A DNA stretch of 64,000 nt from Eremomyces bilateralis CBS 781.70 (lineage: Eukaryota), in NCBI GenBank assembly GCA_010015585.1, contig ML975152.1. One strand, written 5' to 3'. The notes below the pieces were generated by a model that was not told the DNA's origin, made no database searches, and saw only the letters and a program-made list of their open reading frames with translations. Both the position numbers and the translations under genes were made by a program. Below, in pieces: positions 1 through 14,603 of this stretch; the stretch's first letter is position 1, and each line of letters begins with the position of its first letter.

Positions 1-464
1 CGGATGTCGTGGTAACGGATAAGGAGGCGATGGAGCGGGGTTTCGGCGACCGTGTGAAGGAGTGGACGGACGGGGGCAGGGGGAAGGTGAGGCTGGGGCT
101 GAACTGCGTGGGCGGGAAGCTGGTCACGTCCATGGCGAAGGTGCTCGCGCCGGACTCGCGGGTTGTGACGTACGGCGCCATGGCGAAGCAGCCCGTCGCG
201 CCGCCGGCCGGGTTGCAGATTTTCCGGAATATTGGGTTCGATGGGTTTTGGGTCAGTCGGTGGAGCGATAAGAATCCGGTGGACAAGGAGAAGACGGTGA
301 AGCACGTGCTGGATTTAACCCGGCAAGGGAAATTTAAGGACTCGCCCATGGAGGAGATTCGGTGGGATTGGGACACGAAACAGGATACCTTGGTGCGTGC
401 GGTGGCGGGGACGCTCGAGGGCTATCGACAAGGAAAGGGTATATTCGTATTTGGTGATACCTAA
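1..464 (+). CDS. ETR1: Mitochondrial enoyl-ACP/trans-2-enoyl-CoA reductase (MDR family), 3' part only
   Basis: Motifs LGLNCVGGK, VVTYGAMAKQP, IFRNIGFDGFWVSRW and terminal GKGIFVF, typical of Etr1/MECR; stop at 462-464; 5' end lies outside the window. Confidence 0.88.
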   Translation, partial: DVVVTDKEAMERGFGDRVKEWTDGGRGKVRLGLNCVGGKLVTSMAKVLAPDSRVVTYGAMAKQPVAPPAGLQIFRNIGFDGFWVSRWSDKNPVDKEKTVKHVLDLTRQGKFKDSPMEEIRWDWDTKQDTLVRAVAGTLEGYRQGKGIFVFGDT

Positions 465-553
465 GTATGTGCTGTCACGGCTCCGAATTCAATCCATACG
501 CCTAAAGAACGGGTCGTGTCTATGTCCGTGTCGTTGTCCAACATCTTTATGTG

Positions 554-2137
554 CTACTTGATCTTCTGCTCGTTGAGTTCCTCGAGCAGTCGAACTTCGT
601 CGAGCAACTGCACCGTCTCGCGTGGATTGGCAATCCATGCAGTGGTGCACGCCATGCGTGCCTTGAAGTCATTCGCGCCCGCCGACAGGAATTGGTCTCC
701 AACGTGGAGGGTCTTCGATCCGTCGATGCCCCCGAAAAACTGCTGGCATGATCGAACCCCCCATTCCTTGTTACCGATATCAACGAAGACGTCGTTGCCT
801 CCGTTGAAGGCACAGAACGGCACTCGTTGCCCCACAGAGGAAACTTCCTATAAGCATTCAGCAGGGTTCAAAATATAAGTTAGGAGAGTCTATCTCACCA
901 GAATCTTGTGAACCGCCAGCACAGTCTCTTCCAACTGCTCCCGAGCGAATTTCACTCCATGGGCTGGGATGATACCCACTGCGCGCTCCTTGCGGATGAT
1001 TTCCGCATCGAGTTTCATATTCGTCACGCAATCCTGAAGCGCGATCTGAGCAATATCCAAGAGGGATTTGATGTCTTCGAGACTCCAGTCCCTCATTTCG
1101 GGCAAAATCCAGGTATGCCGAGGGACAAACATCAGCCGGTCGAGATGCCCATCGTCGTACTTCAACAGGTAGTTGCTTTCTCCACCAAGCACGATCAGGT
1201 TCTGCTTGAAGACCAGGGGAAGATTGGATAGATGGATGGCATCTAATAGTCCATGAAGCCGTTCGTAGTACCGCCTGGGCTCTGTATATCCCGCAGCGGT
1301 GACGATTCCAATCTTGGTGCCTTTTGAGAGCAGGAAAAGTAGTCTCGCGACGACGTCATTGTCGGCTAGCAACGACTGGCCATCATCATACAGCGTCACG
1401 TCCCCATCGAATGTGATCAGCTCGGTATGGCCGCTTCTCGTCAAGCTTAACACCTGCGCCGTGTTGAGAATGAGGCGGACATCGTTGAACGATGGCGGCA
1501 CGAAGCGACGGTACGAGATCATGCGCTTCTGATCCTGATAAAGAAACGCGTCGTACAGTAGTAACGGTGTGAAGAAGGAGCCAATAGATGGAACCAGCAG
1601 CTTCAGTTTCGATCTGTCCTGCTTGCCTGCGCCTTGGTGCTTGACTAGCGGAGAGAAATCGAGTCAATGGACGCCCTCGCGGTCAAGGGAGGGCACGGCT
1701 CACTGTGATCATTGATCAACTCTTCCACATCTCGCATGATTTCGCCATACCTCCGCCGCACTGTAGTAGCCATATGCTCCACCGTTTCTCGCGGTGTCTC
1801 AAACACTCCCGTCGGCTGGGAATGGAGCACGAATGGCACGGCGAGGAGACCCTGTGTGTTTGAGCCACGTCGTTCGCATTGGAGTATGGATGGATCGCTG
1901 GGTCATATGTACCTTGATCCATTCGATCTAGCATTCGTTAGTATACGCACTACGGGGTTTTCAAACTTATATCGAAACATACCAGCTGGTCCCGTCGGTG
2001 AGTCTTCCGTCATATTAGCCACAAGCATCATTTAGACCCTGGACGAGCCAAACCTTCAAAGCATCTGTGAAATGTCAGCATGCCAGTTTGGCCATTGGAG
2101 GGCAAGCGTTACATTCAACACGATAACGGGTGGTCAT
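554..2137 (-). CDS. ISN1: IMP-specific 5'-nucleotidase (HAD family), 7 exons
   Basis: Spliced N-terminus MTTRYRVEYALKTHRRDQLIEWIKGLLAVPF; HAD motif ITFDGDVTLY, IVTAAGY, FNGGNDVFVDIG, HVGDQF. Exons 2137-2113, 2064-2054, 2003-1983, 1927-1913, 1851-1704, 1644-899, 847-554, all with GT..AG introns. Confidence 0.93.
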
Positions 2138-2740
2138 TTTTGCTAATAGTATAATGAGAATAAACGAAGGGATTAGAATCTACAATTGCGCAGCCGACTC
2201 GGGAGGTGATGGAAGGTCGTTGTTTGCAAAGGTGTGGTTGAACTCCCTGGTCACCTGGTGGATATGAGTAACATCCAGAGGTAATACCAAGTACTTATAA
2301 GTAACTGGAGTTAATTCGCATGGAACAGGACAGTGTCACTTTGCGTTCGCTCTACAATAATCCGCTAATAAGCGCGATGACGGTTGGCTTTAACTCGTCC
2401 TTATTTTACTCATTACTCCATAGGGCGGGTAAGATGTCCAGCATGCATATATTATTATCTACGGCGGCGCCTGATCAGCAATTGAGCATTAGTGGATTGT
2501 TATGACGCTTCGGATTCTATCCTGATGCGACCAATATGAGCCTAGGTGAACGCCACCGAGCTCTTTTACGACGAAGAAGAGACCATCTTCGATGCTATTC
2601 CGTATTGTCTTACTCCGTAGTTGGCATCAATTTGATCACTGGAAATCGTCTGGCTATTCAGATTCCTTGATGCCTTAAACCCTCAGGCACCCACAATATA
2701 CAATGCATTACTTCAAGCCTCATTTGCAGACATAATGTTC

Positions 2741-2771
2741 CACAAGTGAGATACACAAGTGAGATACACAA
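2741..2771. repeat. 13-bp tandem duplication CACAAGTGAGATA, about 2.4 copies
   Basis: Exact copies at 2741-2753 and 2754-2766, plus CACAA, in the ISN1/MED17 divergent intergenic region. Confidence 0.9.
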
Positions 2772-2924
2772 TTGCATGCCTAGACAGCCTCTTGACGCAG
2801 ATTTGGAATGTATATGGATAACTAGCGGAAGCTATTTACGGCGCTGACCGTTAGCAATCGCAACCACCCCTCGATTCGGCTCCAACCCTTCCCCTATCCA
2901 CCACAAGTCGACTTTCGAGACACG

Positions 2925-4978
2925 ATGGATGCTGAACAGAAACCAAAGCCTTTATCACTGAGGCCATGGCCAACACAGGCAGAAGAAGAGCCCCTGGATG
3001 CTATCATCACCCGCATACACGAAGACCGTGGCGGCTTTCGCCTGGTCACTGAAGATGCACTGGAGCGCGAGATCGCGGAAAAGAGGTCGGGGTTGTCGGT
3101 TGATGAGGATGAAGAGGACACCGCCGCCATGACTCGGGCGGAGGCTTTAGAGAAATTGCATGCGTCGAAAAGGGAGATCTTGACATTCGCCCAGTGAGTG
3201 TCCAAACACCTCTGCATGCAATCGCGCTGACCATGGTCTCCAGGTCCGCACGCCTTGAAGTGGGCATGGCCCTCGACCTTGTCTCTCTCTTGCTCTCAAA
3301 AGAGCACCCCAAAGCCGCCGAAGCCTCTCTATCTCCGGAAGTCAAAAAGCGGGCGCCCCTCGGGTCAATTGGTTACGACATCTGGAATCTAGAACATCCG
3401 GGCGTAGCGAAGCCGACTCCACGACCGCCGCAGGAAGAGCGGCTCGTGGCGAGGGGTGCGAGGATCCAAAGCCTCATGTTCGCTGCAGACTCCCTGTTGC
3501 AAGGCGCATCGAGATTAAAGGACGAAGTCGAACGCGAAACCAAGTATTGGCAAGAGGTATTGTCGGTCAAGGAGAAGGGCTGGGCGATCCACCGCGTTAC
3601 AACGGAAAACAGCCGCCGTAGTGCTCTTGGCGTGGAGATAAGTGCTCTTGATGCCGGCGCGCAATTTCGGTCTCGATTCGCGGTATTCCAGCGGAGCGAC
3701 GATGGAAGGATACGTCCCGAATGTAATGTCAAAAGCCAACCGAGGACTCTCTGCGTGAGTTTGTTGCGAAAGGGAAAAGTCATCGGGACTTCAATTTCAT
3801 CGGACCCATCGTCTCTCTTGGATGACAGCCTGGAAAGCAAGATACACCGGATGCGGGATGCCTTGTTCGACGAGGAATTGTTCTTCGAATTGACCCAAGA
3901 GGTCCGCAATCTCCTTCCCTTCGGTGCCACATTAAACAACGGCTGCATTTCTCTTCCGGCCTGGCCACTGTCAACCGATCACTCGAGTTCCGCGGAAAGA
4001 GATTGCGACGTTATCATCGAGCTCGTCCCTCTTGACAGCCAAATCTTAGAAGATGGGGACTTCGTAAACGGGGACCAAGCCAGGGCTATCGCCATGTTTC
4101 TGAGGCTTATGCTCATGCACGGCCATGCTACAAGGCACAGGCTACGAACGCAGATACCGGATGCGCTACAGGAGAAGAAACAGATCCCTCCACCTCCCAC
4201 CGTCCTGCAACCGCTGGTTACACATCTCCATCACATGTACGCCGTGAAAGGCATCCTCGGGGCCCTAACAACGAGTAGTCTCATTTTGAGCAAAGCAGGC
4301 ATCGAGACAACCCTAGTTCTAAAACAGGCCATGAGCTCGAACTTGGATCCGGTCGATCCGGTGGATGCGAATGGTGCAAACGGTGCGAAGCCGATAGCGG
4401 CTACGGAGAGAATATGCCGGGCATTAGCTGGAGTGCAAGAGACGTGCTACCGGTTTATCCTGAAGGACTTCGTGTTGGAGCCCGAAGACACCGCAGTCAC
4501 TGAAGACGCCGAAGACGAAGACACCGAATACAATTATCGAAACTTTGACATCACCATTCGGACAGACATTGGCAAGTTCGACGAAAGCACCGAGTACGTG
4601 CTTTCCTCCCCACAAGACCAGAATGCATATAGCTCTGTCCACGCTCGATCCACGGTCCATCCACTTCGTTTCCAGAATCAGCGGGAATGCGTCGCCCGAC
4701 TTCGGGAAGACTTGTCCCGTGACATCGCTCATCGGTACATCCCTCACCGCGACCCCGATGCTCGCATTGCTGCAAAGGAAGACTCCGCTGCCTACAAGAT
4801 GGTCGGAGAGAAGGGGATGACGATTTTCGTGGACTTGGACAAAGCCGTGCTCAAAGTGAATTTCGTTGCCGGTCCAAGCAAGATCCACTCGTCTACCGTC
4901 ACAGAATGGACCGCAGGCAGCGAGAAGAAGGATCTGCTCCATGTCATTGCGGAGGAATTTGCGAAATTGTCCAATTAG
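2925..4978 (+). CDS. MED17: Mediator subunit 17 (Srb4)
   Basis: LSLRPWP, RIHEDRGGFRLVTEDAL, ALDLVSLLLSK, EVERETKYW, RDALFDEELFFEL motifs; intron 3194-3243 joins the two ORFs in frame. Confidence 0.88.
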
Positions 4979-5105
4979 GATGGTATCTAGACAGAGAGGG
5001 GCTATGGAAACAATTGGTAGAACTTCATAGCGGCTTCGATAAATTCGATGTTGTCACTGCCATATCATCTACAATGCGAATTCGAGTCCCATGAGGGTCC
5101 TCGGC

Positions 5106-8100
5106 CTATAAATACGGACTCCAGCCAACATACATCCGTTTCAAGTTTTCAGGATCCCTCGCCATATTGATCACGGCGTCCACGTATCCCTCGACGCCCA
5201 ACGGCACCGCTTCGCCCCGGAATAACCCCTGCACCTTCGTCCCGACGCTCTCCATAATCTCCTCGGGTGTCGTGGGCATCCCCTCCACCACCTTCTTCTT
5301 CACATTCGGCCGGAAATCGACCGTGGGATCGTACAAGAATGTCTCCAGCGTCGTCATCAGCGTGTCCTCGTTCGCTCGGAGCAGCCGCATCGTAATCTCG
5401 GCGGCCGTGCGGAACGGCCCCTCCACCCCATACGGGCCGAACGCGTCGATGAAATTGTGCGTGAGTCGGAACGGCACCGTTTCGGGCGTCTCGAGCCCCA
5501 GCCCTTTGTCGAACAAGCAGTTGAAATCCACGTGAAGGACCCCGCCCGATCCTTCTTCCAGAAGAATGTTCTCGGTATGGCGATCCCCGAGCCCGAGGAC
5601 GTGGCCGACCATGGACATGACAGCGCAGGTACGTGTGAACCGCAACCGCGCCGTGAACCAGGAACCGGGCTCCGGGAACTGCTCGACGAACCACTCGTGC
5701 AGCATCGGGGGGAAATGTCCGAGCACCTTCTGCGTGAAGTAGTGCGTGTGCTCCGGGCCTTGGCATGCCTGTTTAAACTGGTGATTGATCCAGTCGTGGT
5801 TCACCCGCATGCCGATTTGCTTGTACTTGTCTAGCAAAAAGTCCCGGATCGGTTGTAAACCTTCCACCCATTCCAGGACTCCGCATTGTTCGTTGAGCGG
5901 GGTGACTGCATAAGTCTTGATGTAGAGACGGCGCTTGCTACCTTCCGTGTCCTTCTTAAATGTCCGATTGATCATGTCGTTGAACTCCATTAGTCTTTGG
6001 TCCTTCCGAAGGTCGTCCTTCGGCTTGCACAGGAGCCCATATGGCTTCCCGTCCGATCCACGAACGGTTATCTTTTTCGGCCGCTGCAATGAGGACAATA
6101 CCAGCACCGACTCCTCGAAAGATTCGATCGTGATCGCGTTCCGGGGGAATGGCTCATGAGATCTAAGCGCCTTGGAACCGGAAGACACAGGTAGTGTTGG
6201 CATCAAAGTAGCTTCAACAGGGACTACAAGCCCGCAGGGAGCCAATTTCGAATGGTTGAAAAGAAGATCGCGGGAAAGAGTCACCGGTCGCCTGTGGTCT
6301 ATCGGCGCTTCACAAACTCGAAGCAATGCCATGGTTAGTTTTTGTCCGGAGTCGATTAAATGACTCAGAGATTCACCAGCACGATGCTTCCCTGGCTTTG
6401 CTGCTTTCAGACGCTTTAAGATGTCGTTCGCTTGAGCCGCTTGAGCCGGTTTCTCCAATGGGTTGGACTTAGCAGCTGCCAAGATGCTCCAAAGTGCCTG
6501 TTGCGGATAGGACGAGATGACCCTGACAATAATATCAGAGAGCCAATTGCAAACCTGTTGATGCGGGTGACCCATTCGACTGATGATCTGTGGCAACGCG
6601 GTGTAAAACGCGTAGGCAGGGACCCTATCTAGGTTTCTTCCGAAGAACCTGTGAATTGCCTCCAAAGACCCGGGCTTACCGACCAATTCTGCTTTCCTGA
6701 CTGATGACAAGTGAGCCGAGCGCGGATTCCGTTTCTCTACTTGCAGAGTGTGCGCAGTGGCCCCGAGATCAAGCCACAATGTCAGTGCCTTCGGCAATGT
6801 AAGGTAGAGGTGTCTTGATCCATATTGCATCGATCGGACGTAGTTTTCGATGACAAGCCTCCAGTGCTCCCCCCGTACAAACGACTCGCTTTGCTTGGCA
6901 GGAGGAAGCTTTCTCTGCGAGTCAAGCTGTTTGTTATAATGTTTACCAAGGTGATAATGGCCCTTTTCCCAGGATGGGAAGCTGTGAGTGACGGTGTGAT
7001 ATTTCTCGACCACCACATCGGAACGTGTAGAGCCGGCGCTGTCCATCCACTTGGTTAGGAGCAGGGTTGCGCTAGCACGAAGATCATGCTGGGCGCCCTT
7101 TGGCGCATCGACATCCATGATATCATCGTCCATGGTTTCTTTACCGCGCGTATGGAAAATGTCCATAGCCAAGGCGCTCTCTAAATTCTGGATCGCTTTG
7201 CGGTGGTGCCCATCAGCCCACAGCAACCGAGAATGTTCAATCTTGCTAGCTTCATTATTGAGACGAGATGCATGGAGGACCGCGTCGTAAGCAGAGTCGA
7301 TCGAACCGGCTTTTCGGGCAATTTTTGCACTCTTCAGCCAAAGTCTAGCTCGTTGACTTGGGCTGAACTCCAAACTCGAGACTTGCATTGCAGCCCTGCG
7401 GATACCTAAGAGATACTGCTTCTCGGAAGTATAAGAGCCTAAAATCTCAAGCCTGGAATCAAGTCTCCGGAGTAAGGGACGTTGATCATCCAAGGATCCG
7501 GATAGGCTGCCACTTATGCTCTGCAGCTCGTAGAGACAATGCAATTTTAGCAAGATGTCATGGCAACTCTGTAGCGATACCGTGTTCGAGGATGTCAACC
7601 TCCGGGAGAGGTTTTCGCGTAACCCGGTCACAGTGTTTTGGAACCCTTGAGCATCCGACTTCCCCAAAGCTAACAACGACTTCCCGATGCCAACATTGAA
7701 ATCCCAGTGACCATCCGTGGGCACGGTGCTGAGAAAGTGTTCAAGCTTCTCCCAATTCGAAGTGACCCAGGCGGCTTCCGCTGCTAGAGGTAGGATCGAT
7801 TTATCATGAGAGTTGTCTCTCCCAATCATCATGCTCGCATGATTCAGGAGAGCCTCATACCGGCCTGATTCTCTTAAACATGTCAAGAGATTCAATTTGA
7901 TGCCGATGTCATCAGGCTTCTCTGCCATTGCAAGTTCGTACCAGCTTTGAACGGCTGTCCACCGGCCGGCTTTCTTGTGCTCGAGAAGCTGTTGGTCAGG
8001 GCCAAGCACGTGTAACTGCGCCGAGATACCTTCAATGCCGTCAGGTTCGTCTATCGCCGCATATAGCTTCTGAAGCCGCTGATATAGTTCATTATTGTCA

Positions 8101-11100
8101 TCGCTGGCTTCAGGAGACTCGTCGTATAACTTCCCTCCTTTCCTTTTTCGGAGATACTGTTCGGTATGGAACAAGGCTCGTGCATAGGATCCGCATTCGG
8201 TAGCCCTCGCTGATATGACTTCCGCAGGAACAGAGGAGAGAAATTTTTCAACGCTGGCGATCTGGTCGCCGCTCATTATTTGTTCGATCCGTACATCCGG
8301 ATTGCGCAATGCATCTCTGCTCGATCGTTCTGTGAGCCTCTTCCTCTTCTCCTGTAACCATCTGGAGAGGTAGTCAAGGATCCGAAATATATTCTGATTG
8401 TAGTCAATATCCGTAGCATACACCTCGGGATCTACATACCTCGCTACAGAGCTTGATGGCTTCGACATGGACGGCATCCGATGCTCGGATATCCCACTTC
8501 AGTATCGTAAGGGTCTCATTCAGTATGTCATCCACCTCCTTTTGGATACCGCCCACCACAATATTGAGGACAACAAACTGCAGCAAAGAGTCGGCGATGG
8601 CAAGATCGTGTTGACGGATCACCCGCGAAAACACAGGGAAGAGGAGCTTAGCATGTGCCCCATTGCCGCGATGGAGCAAGTCGTACGTAAATGTCCGAAG
8701 CCAAGCTCCGTGCGTCATTCCTTCATGGTAGATGGGGTAAGAGTGGGGTTGAATAGGAGCAACAGGGCGCGTGATGAGGTATCTAGAAGTCAGATATGGA
8801 GTCAATGTCATCCGGATGGGTTCCGGTATCCGAAACCAACGTTGGTAACTTGCTGGTCCTTGACTGCCTCTGTAGCGGTACTTGGCAGCTTCTTGAAAGT
8901 TGCAAAATTTTAGGAGCTCTTGCATCACGTACGCAAGGTAGTTCTGAGCTCTCGCGTTGGTGGCCGATTTGAAAGCCCGGACCAAGACGGTTTCGAGCAT
9001 GAAAACCACAAAGTCACTGGCCTCCCCCGCCAGACCGAAGTTGGTCAAGAGGATGACCTCCTTCTTTTCGCGAACGGCATCGATTCTGTTTGGGTCAAAG
9101 CAGCCTATCGTGCCCAAGCACTGAGCTGCCGATGACGAGATCTGAGGGTGGCCTTCTGCAAATTTCACCGACGCGTCCAGGACAGAACGGCAGAGAGCCG
9201 CGATAACTTGACTTGGCTGCTGGCTCATCACCGAGTGTTGCACCCAGTCTTGATGGGCCTCTAACGCATCTTTCAATTCCACAAGCGCCTGTTCCACAAC
9301 AGCGGCATTTTCGTCGGAGCACCGTCGCGCAAAACTGTCAAAAACCTGCTTTGCATCCATCTGTGCCTTGAAAGGCCTCACCACGTTTGCGAACTTGGAC
9401 AGAGCTGGTATTCCGTCGAGTGAGGGAAGAGTGCCTGCTTTCTCCGTGATGATGGCCCGATGACTCTTGAAGAGGAACTGTATCATATCCTGTACCCGCT
9501 TTTGGGTCGATGTCGAGAGAGAGGCCCACTCCCGCACAACAACCACAAGGGTTGGCTCAAGAATTAGTTCAATATCTGCCTCGCCCAAATTGCATACAAA
9601 CGTTGCCCACGCACGGATCACCTGGTCCCGAAGAGGATGGATTGAAAGTGCCGACTGAAGGCAAGCCCGTATTTGAGGGACTGCCTGGGTGACAAGTACT
9701 TGTTCGATTTGGATCATCGCTTCAACCGCCTTCAAACATCGTCTCTTCTCTGAAATCGATTGGCTTTCCACGGGTGAGCCGATTACATCCGCGAAATGGG
9801 TCATAATCCCAAGGATATGGGTCTCGAAAAAGTTCTCAGTGATTTCGGCGCCTTTCGCTGTGGATGCAATCGAAACCTTACGATCCGCTGCAAGCACTGC
9901 CAGAGTACGGATCGCAGGGGCTAGTCGAGGGTCCGTTGCATTGTTATCAGCAGCAAGCTTGAACATCTCACAAGCGATCAGAATCGGTTCGAGGTTGATG
10001 AGCGTCGACAGCGATTCTTTGGAGAACTGTGGCGCGACCTCTGAAAGAATTCCAGTTGCAGTTTTGTCAGCATCGTCGGGATGTTGCATCAGCAAATGCG
10101 CCAGTATGACAGAAAGGTTCTCCTTTTGTAGGCAAATTTCGTACAGGTCTAAGGATTTGCCCTGCACTCTGGCGGATGCGATCCTTTCCAGAATATCCCG
10201 CTTGCGTAGAAGGACCAGGTAAGGAACTGTGTCCATTTGTGTTGTCCACAAGAACTGGTTCACACCAAATCCAAGAAGCTCGGCGAGCTGCTGGATCTTT
10301 TGTGGCCGGGAATGCAAGTCTCTTACAACTGTAATAGCAATGCTCCTCCAGAAGGGCTTAAAAAGCAGTTCAGGGGAGCATTCTTTGTCCGCTGCTAGGC
10401 TCAAAAGCTCCGTGAAAGCATTAGCAGATACCAGAACATGTGAATGTCCCAGATATTCTACCAGCTGTAGCAGCGCTATATTCAGCTCCTCTTCTCCGCA
10501 AACCCGAGCAACCTGTCCCCATGAAAATATGAGCGCTTCTTGATCTCGGAGTGCACCGCGCGCTGAAAGCGACTTCAAGTAATTCAGCGTGCATAGCCTG
10601 TTGTTCCTGGACAATTCGCCAGGCAGGTCTTCGCGCAGGAACGGACTTATACCCCGAGCGGCTGCCTGTTGCAGCTCTCGGATGGAACTGTGCAGGGACT
10701 TCAAATACCATTGGCCCGGCATGCCCTGCGACACGTTAAGGAAGGCCTCGTCGTTGATGTGATTCGCAATTCTCCGAATCACATTTGCGAAATAGATTCG
10801 AGGTTTTCGAGACCGAGAAAACCGTGAGTCGGCAAGCAACGCAGATATCAAGACTGACACCCGCATCCAGTCCTGGTTCTGAGCATCCACGATCCATTGC
10901 AGTGATTTGTCCCGGTAGTCTTCACGATCTGCATCGCAAAGGGGGCACTCAAAGGTGTCCATCGAATGTCTTGGGGCATTGTCAATTTGCACCGCAGTGC
11001 AGGGAAGCAACATCATCGATTGAAACGCGTTTCTGATCATGTCGTCGGTGAGGTCGTCCCAAACACCACCAAGATTTTCGCTGACAGAGTCTGCAGACTC

Positions 11101-12684
11101 ACCAACTTCACACGGAAATACGCTAAAGAGTTTCCCAAGCAATTCCTGATAGAGTGCCCCCCGAGTCTCGCCCTTATTTACGCCATCAGTTTTGGAGTAA
11201 TGCGCCGCATTTGATTTGACACGTTCCAGTTCAGTGAATTCTTCAAACTGCTTCCGAAGATCATCCTCCTCGAATATCGATGGAGCATCATGCATAACTA
11301 CATCGTCGGATGAGCCATTGCCTTGGGGGGAATCTTCCCAGCCTCGGATGGCGAGCTATAGTGAATTAGAGTTATAGAGCAAATGAAGTGTCGTGTGCAG
11401 ACGAACCTTAAAATCTTCTGTAAGGGATGGGGCTAAGGCTTGGGTTTGGACAAGCTTGTTTGCCCGCGTAGGTAAGTACTCGAAGTAGAGTGTCCGGATA
11501 TTCTCATTGACCAGGGACCATTTCCGCAAATGGAGAAGAGAAGATGCAATTGCATGCTGTGTAGACTCGGACGAATGGGAATTGATAAATGAGAGAAAGG
11601 ACAAGCATGTCATCATGAACTGAGGCGCCAGGACGTTGACCTCTGCGGAATGAATGTTGAGAATGTGTGCAGCCCGGTTGCAGCAACGACACAGGGAGCA
11701 AACCAGTTGGTCGACATCTTTCGTAGCCAGTGCCCGACTTGTAGCCTGATATAGAGGCGGGAGTAGCCGTCTCGTCGAATTAATGACGGAGTAAACAACA
11801 TCAGCAATAGGAAACACTGACCCTCGCCGCTGAAGGTCGAAGCCAATGCTGAGCAAAGACTCGAAGAGGATGACGCAAGATTTGGTGGCATGAGTGACCG
11901 AATTCGCCTCATATCGACATGCTTGAGGAACCACAAGGGAACGGACAGCATCTTGCCAAACAGATGACAAGGTGCGACTTGAAGGAATAAGATGATCAGA
12001 AAATGCAGTACCTAAGCCTGTGTGATTCTTTCGAGAGTCTGTTGGTTCTAGTAGATCTGGAAGTTGTTACTAGTTGCTGCCTCGTCGTAGTCGAAATCGT
12101 AGCCTACCCTTAATGCACCCAAGGGTGAAGCGAACCAAGTTGAATCCATGCAGGCGTAGATATGCTTCTGAGGCACTGAGTAATGTATCAAACCAGGATG
12201 CAATCAACAACGGAATGCTTTCCCGAATCCGTCCACATTCTCGGCTTGTACCCACCCGCAAGAATCTTAGCATTAGCCAGACCACGAGGGGAGGGTTTGA
12301 TGAGTTGTCCGCAGCCGCTGCTGGAGGATGGAGCAGAAGCGATGGCTCCCTCGAGATGGCATCCCCAATGAAGCGAAGTGTCGACTCTGCAACTTCGATC
12401 AATCCATCCCGGTCGAATGGGTCTGCTCGAAGTAGAGGATCAATCCCGGCCTCTGATACGACGAGAAGCAGCCTCGCTGCATCTGCTGGTTGCTCGGAGG
12501 TCGGCAGATTCTGAGGGTCATCCAGGAGCTTCTTCAGTTCCGCTCGCCGTGCTGTATCGCTTCTCGCTCCAGACTGTGCATAGTTGGAAACGATTTGAGC
12601 GGTGATGGTCGATGCGGGTGCTTGCGATGAAACCGGCCGTCTTGGAATATTCTCATATCGGGATCCAGCAGTTCCAACAGACAT
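5106..12684 (-). CDS. MEC1: ATR/Mec1/Rad3 (UvsB) checkpoint PI3K-like kinase, 4 exons
   Basis: Kinase motifs LSSLQRPKK, KPKDDLRKDQRLMEF, LGLGDRHTENIL, HVDFNCLF and C-terminal FATC-like MYVGWSPYL; three introns near 12107-12057, 11407-11357 and 8439-8394 join the four ORFs in frame. Confidence 0.93.
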
Positions 12685-12914
12685 GGTCTTAAGACTACCT
12701 CACACTCATACCCGTCATCTCAGCTTATGCGATAGACGAGAAGGGGAGATTTTGAGAAATTCAGGGCTGACAGGTTCAGAATCGATGTCTTTGGTTTATT
12801 TTACGAGTCCAGTTGTTTGTTGACTGGCGGTATATCGCTGTCGTTATCGCTGTCGCGTGTCGCAGTCGCTGTCGTGGTCGTAAGGCAGCAAGGCTGTAAG
12901 GCAGTTTAGAGGGG

Positions 12915-12940
12915 ACGCGTCGGCACGTGGCAATCACGTG
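12915..12940. promoter_or_regulatory. MCB element plus two E-boxes in the MEC1/COX16 bidirectional promoter
   Basis: ACGCGT 12915-12920, CACGTG 12924-12929, ATCACGTG 12933-12940. Confidence 0.5.
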
Positions 12941-13078
12941 TTATGCTACGGAATAATCGACACTTCAAGTCTTTAACACTAACGGAGCTGTGTAGAAGTC
13001 TTAACGCTCCATGGCAAAGTTGACACCGGATCCATTGCTTGGTATATATTGGGGAACCGTAGTTCTGATATCGCCAAC

Positions 13079-13479
13079 ATGCCAGCCTTCGGCAGCAAGA
13101 CATTTCGACCGTCATCATTCAGCAATACGGCTGCGGCACGATATCGATCTTCCCTCCAACGACATCCATTCCTTCTCTTCGGCGCACCCTTCATCCTCAT
13201 AATGGTGGCAGGAAGCTTTTTCCTAACCCCCGCAACCGCTTTGAGATATGCACAGCACGATCGAAAGGTCAAACAAGTTTCGGAAAAGGAGGCAATGGGC
13301 GTTCTGGGGAAAGAGCGGAAGCCCTTTGATATCAAAGAGGAGTACTATGTGAGCATGAGCTACATCAGGACCTCTGTATCTATTCTAATGCGACATAGCG
13401 CCTTGCGGCGAAAGATTTGGACAATTGGGAACAGAGGCGTGTCAAGCGACTTCCGGGTGAGCCAGATGGCGTGATCTGA
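13079..13479 (+). CDS. COX16: Cytochrome c oxidase assembly protein Cox16
   Basis: RHPFLLFGAPF...GSFFLTPATALRY, FDIKEEYY; intron 13349-13398; exon 2 RLAAKDLDNWEQRRVKRLPGEPDGVI*. Confidence 0.9.
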
Positions 13480-13805
13480 GTTCTTTGCATCTCCGCTCGA
13501 AGTTCCTGGCGGCCCGCCCCGGGTTGTCAAGCCTGCGTCCATCTGGTCTTGCAGTGTGAACGCCATGATCCTACACATACGCTTTATGAACGTATACGAC
13601 CTAGTTTAGCATCCTCCAATCCAAGAATGCTCGCTGTGTCTGCAGAAACAGAACAGCAACCATAAAGATTGAACCTCTCCCGCCGAACATAACGGGCGTG
13701 TGCCGGCGAGTAATAGCCGAGCTATTCGACATCCGGAAAGACCGAGTCTGCGAGTATGATACCCGAGCGACAGGTATTGACTTTTGGTGTTGGAACTGAG
13801 GATCA

Positions 13806-14603
<798 letters not shown>

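Noticed and set aside
8394..8477. Overlap of the two long MEC1 ORFs suggesting a frameshift or split gene
   Set aside because: A 46-nt intron (8439-8394, GTATGT..TTGAC..CAG) joins them in frame
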